Below are positions 16,714 to 17,792 of a stretch of 17,792 nt of DNA, piece by piece; position 1 is the first letter of the stretch; every line of letters starts with the position of its first letter. The DNA lies in NCBI GenBank assembly GCA_039589315.1, contig JBDHHQ010000108.1:1-17792 (forward strand), given 5' to 3'. This stretch comes from Gemmatimonadota bacterium. Lineage in GTDB: Bacteria > Gemmatimonadota > Gemmatimonadetes > Longimicrobiales > Gaopeijiaceae. A program made the translations under genes and the position numbers. Under the pieces are notes generated by a model. It made no database searches, was not told where the DNA came from, and worked only from the letters and a program-made list of their open reading frames with translations.

Positions 16714-17792
16714 GACTCCGATCCTCCCGAACCGGGGTCATGCGTGCCCAGGCGCTGGCGAGGCTCGGGACCGTCCGCCGCCCGGTGGGCGGCTTCAGCG
16801 CTGTCTTCGGCCTCGCCCTCGTTCGCCCCTTCCGGGGCAGCCGGTTCGTCCGGGTCCGTCGCGGGCACCGCTGCGCCCTCTGGCACAGCTGCCGCCACAC
16901 CCACGGGAGCCGGCCGGCCGACCTTGGTGCGCTCCACGAGCTTCCGCGCCCGGGGCACGATCTGCCGCGCCCGTGAAGCGTCCGGGACGAACTTGGCGAA
17001 CTTGACCAGGTCGCACTCGGCCAGGAATCCCTCGAAGTCCCGAAGCGTGTCGTGGTCCACGCCGATGCCTTCGAGGTTTTCCAGAACCTCGAAGGACGCC
17101 ATCTCCAGAGCGGGTACGTAGTATTGGGCCTCCACGTAGGCCCGGATGATCTCCGAGACCCGGATGTAGTAGTCCTTGATCTCGCCCCGCTCCAGCATGC
17201 CCGACGCCTCCAGCTCCCGGAGCTGGTCGTACGCCACCTCGTACGGTCGCCGCAGCGGGGCGCTCACATCGATGGGGCTCGCCGCCGGCTGCTGTCGGAA
17301 GCGTCGGTAGAGCGCGTACAGCAGGGCCACCAGCAGCAGGACGGCCAGGATCCTGGCCAGCAGGACGAGGAGTCCCAGGGGGATCTCGAGGGGCGACTTC
17401 ACGTCGCGGATGTCACCGGTCTCGTCCAGGCCGACGCTCGCCACGACGACGCCGTACGGGTGGGTCTCCAGCACCGACGCCCCACCGGCCGCGTCGACGA
17501 GGGCGACCTCGAACGAGGGGATCTCCAGCTCGCCCAGCTCGAAGACTGTGAGCGTGTACCGCGCCCACGACCACAAGCGGTCGTCCAGGGGCTCGGGCTC
17601 TCCCACCTCCACACCAAGGACCTCGAACGGGTCGAGGCTCAGCGAGTCGGGGAACACGACGCGCTCGCCCTCGCCGTGCTGAACCCGGATCGTGAGCGTG
17701 ATGCGTCCGCCCATGGTGGTCTGGGCGCTGTCGACGTCGGTCGTGAGGGTGGGGGACGACTGGCCGGTCAGCGAGGCCGCGCCCAGGCAGAA
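16710..17792 (-). CDS. Bat-operon single-TM protein upstream of batA (BatD-like N-domain); 5'-partial, extends beyond the window
   Basis: Frame is open from 17792 (FCLGAASLTGQSSPTLTTDVDSAQTTMGGR...). Contains DIRDVKSP, a TM helix, PYEVAY..L..L, KDYY..SEIIR.YVE, ALEM and CDLVKFAK, as in the conserved gene preceding batA. ATGA overlap with batA. Confidence 0.8.
   Translation of the reverse strand, partial: FCLGAASLTGQSSPTLTTDVDSAQTTMGGRITLTIRVQHGEGERVVFPDSLSLDPFEVLGVEVGEPEPLDDRLWSWARYTLTVFELGELEIPSFEVALVDAAGGASVLETHPYGVVVASVGLDETGDIRDVKSPLEIPLGLLVLLARILAVLLLVALLYALYRRFRQQPAASPIDVSAPLRRPYEVAYDQLRELEASGMLERGEIKDYYIRVSEIIRAYVEAQYYVPALEMASFEVLENLEGIGVDHDTLRDFEGFLAECDLVKFAKFVPDASRARQIVPRARKLVERTKVGRPAPVGVAAAVPEGAAVPATDPDEPAAPEGANEGEAEDSAEAAHRAADGPEPRQRLGTHDPGSGGSES

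Noticed and set aside
11141..17792. Bat operon as a novel system
   Set aside because: It is a known, widespread MoxR-associated VWA/TPR operon. The moxR and DUF58 genes are expected upstream, outside this window.

Overview
GC-rich bacterial chromosomal segment made mostly of housekeeping genes; the gene content and order suggest Gemmatimonadota, which is an inference. From left to right: a tiny lipoprotein-like ORF; rpsT (-) with a clear sigma70 promoter and a terminator-like hairpin; a + strand operon (site-2 protease, scpA, scpB, rluB-type pseudouridine synthase, an uncharacterised Rossmann-fold protein, upp); trkA-trkH (-), where TrkH carries a ~200-aa acidic tail with 9-aa tandem repeats; a divergent stand-alone bacterial homologue of archaeo-eukaryotic release factor (baeRF/Balon-like) with an RGQ loop and a structured leader; and the distal part of a Bat operon (-): partial upstream gene, batA, fused batB-batC, batD, batE. 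Three reading-frame lesions cluster at about 2950-4390 (scpB end, rluB, Rossmann protein) and may be real decay or assembly errors. No mobile element, CRISPR array, tRNA or rRNA was recognised. The best candidates for new biology are the eRF1-like gene with its leader and the TrkH tail.
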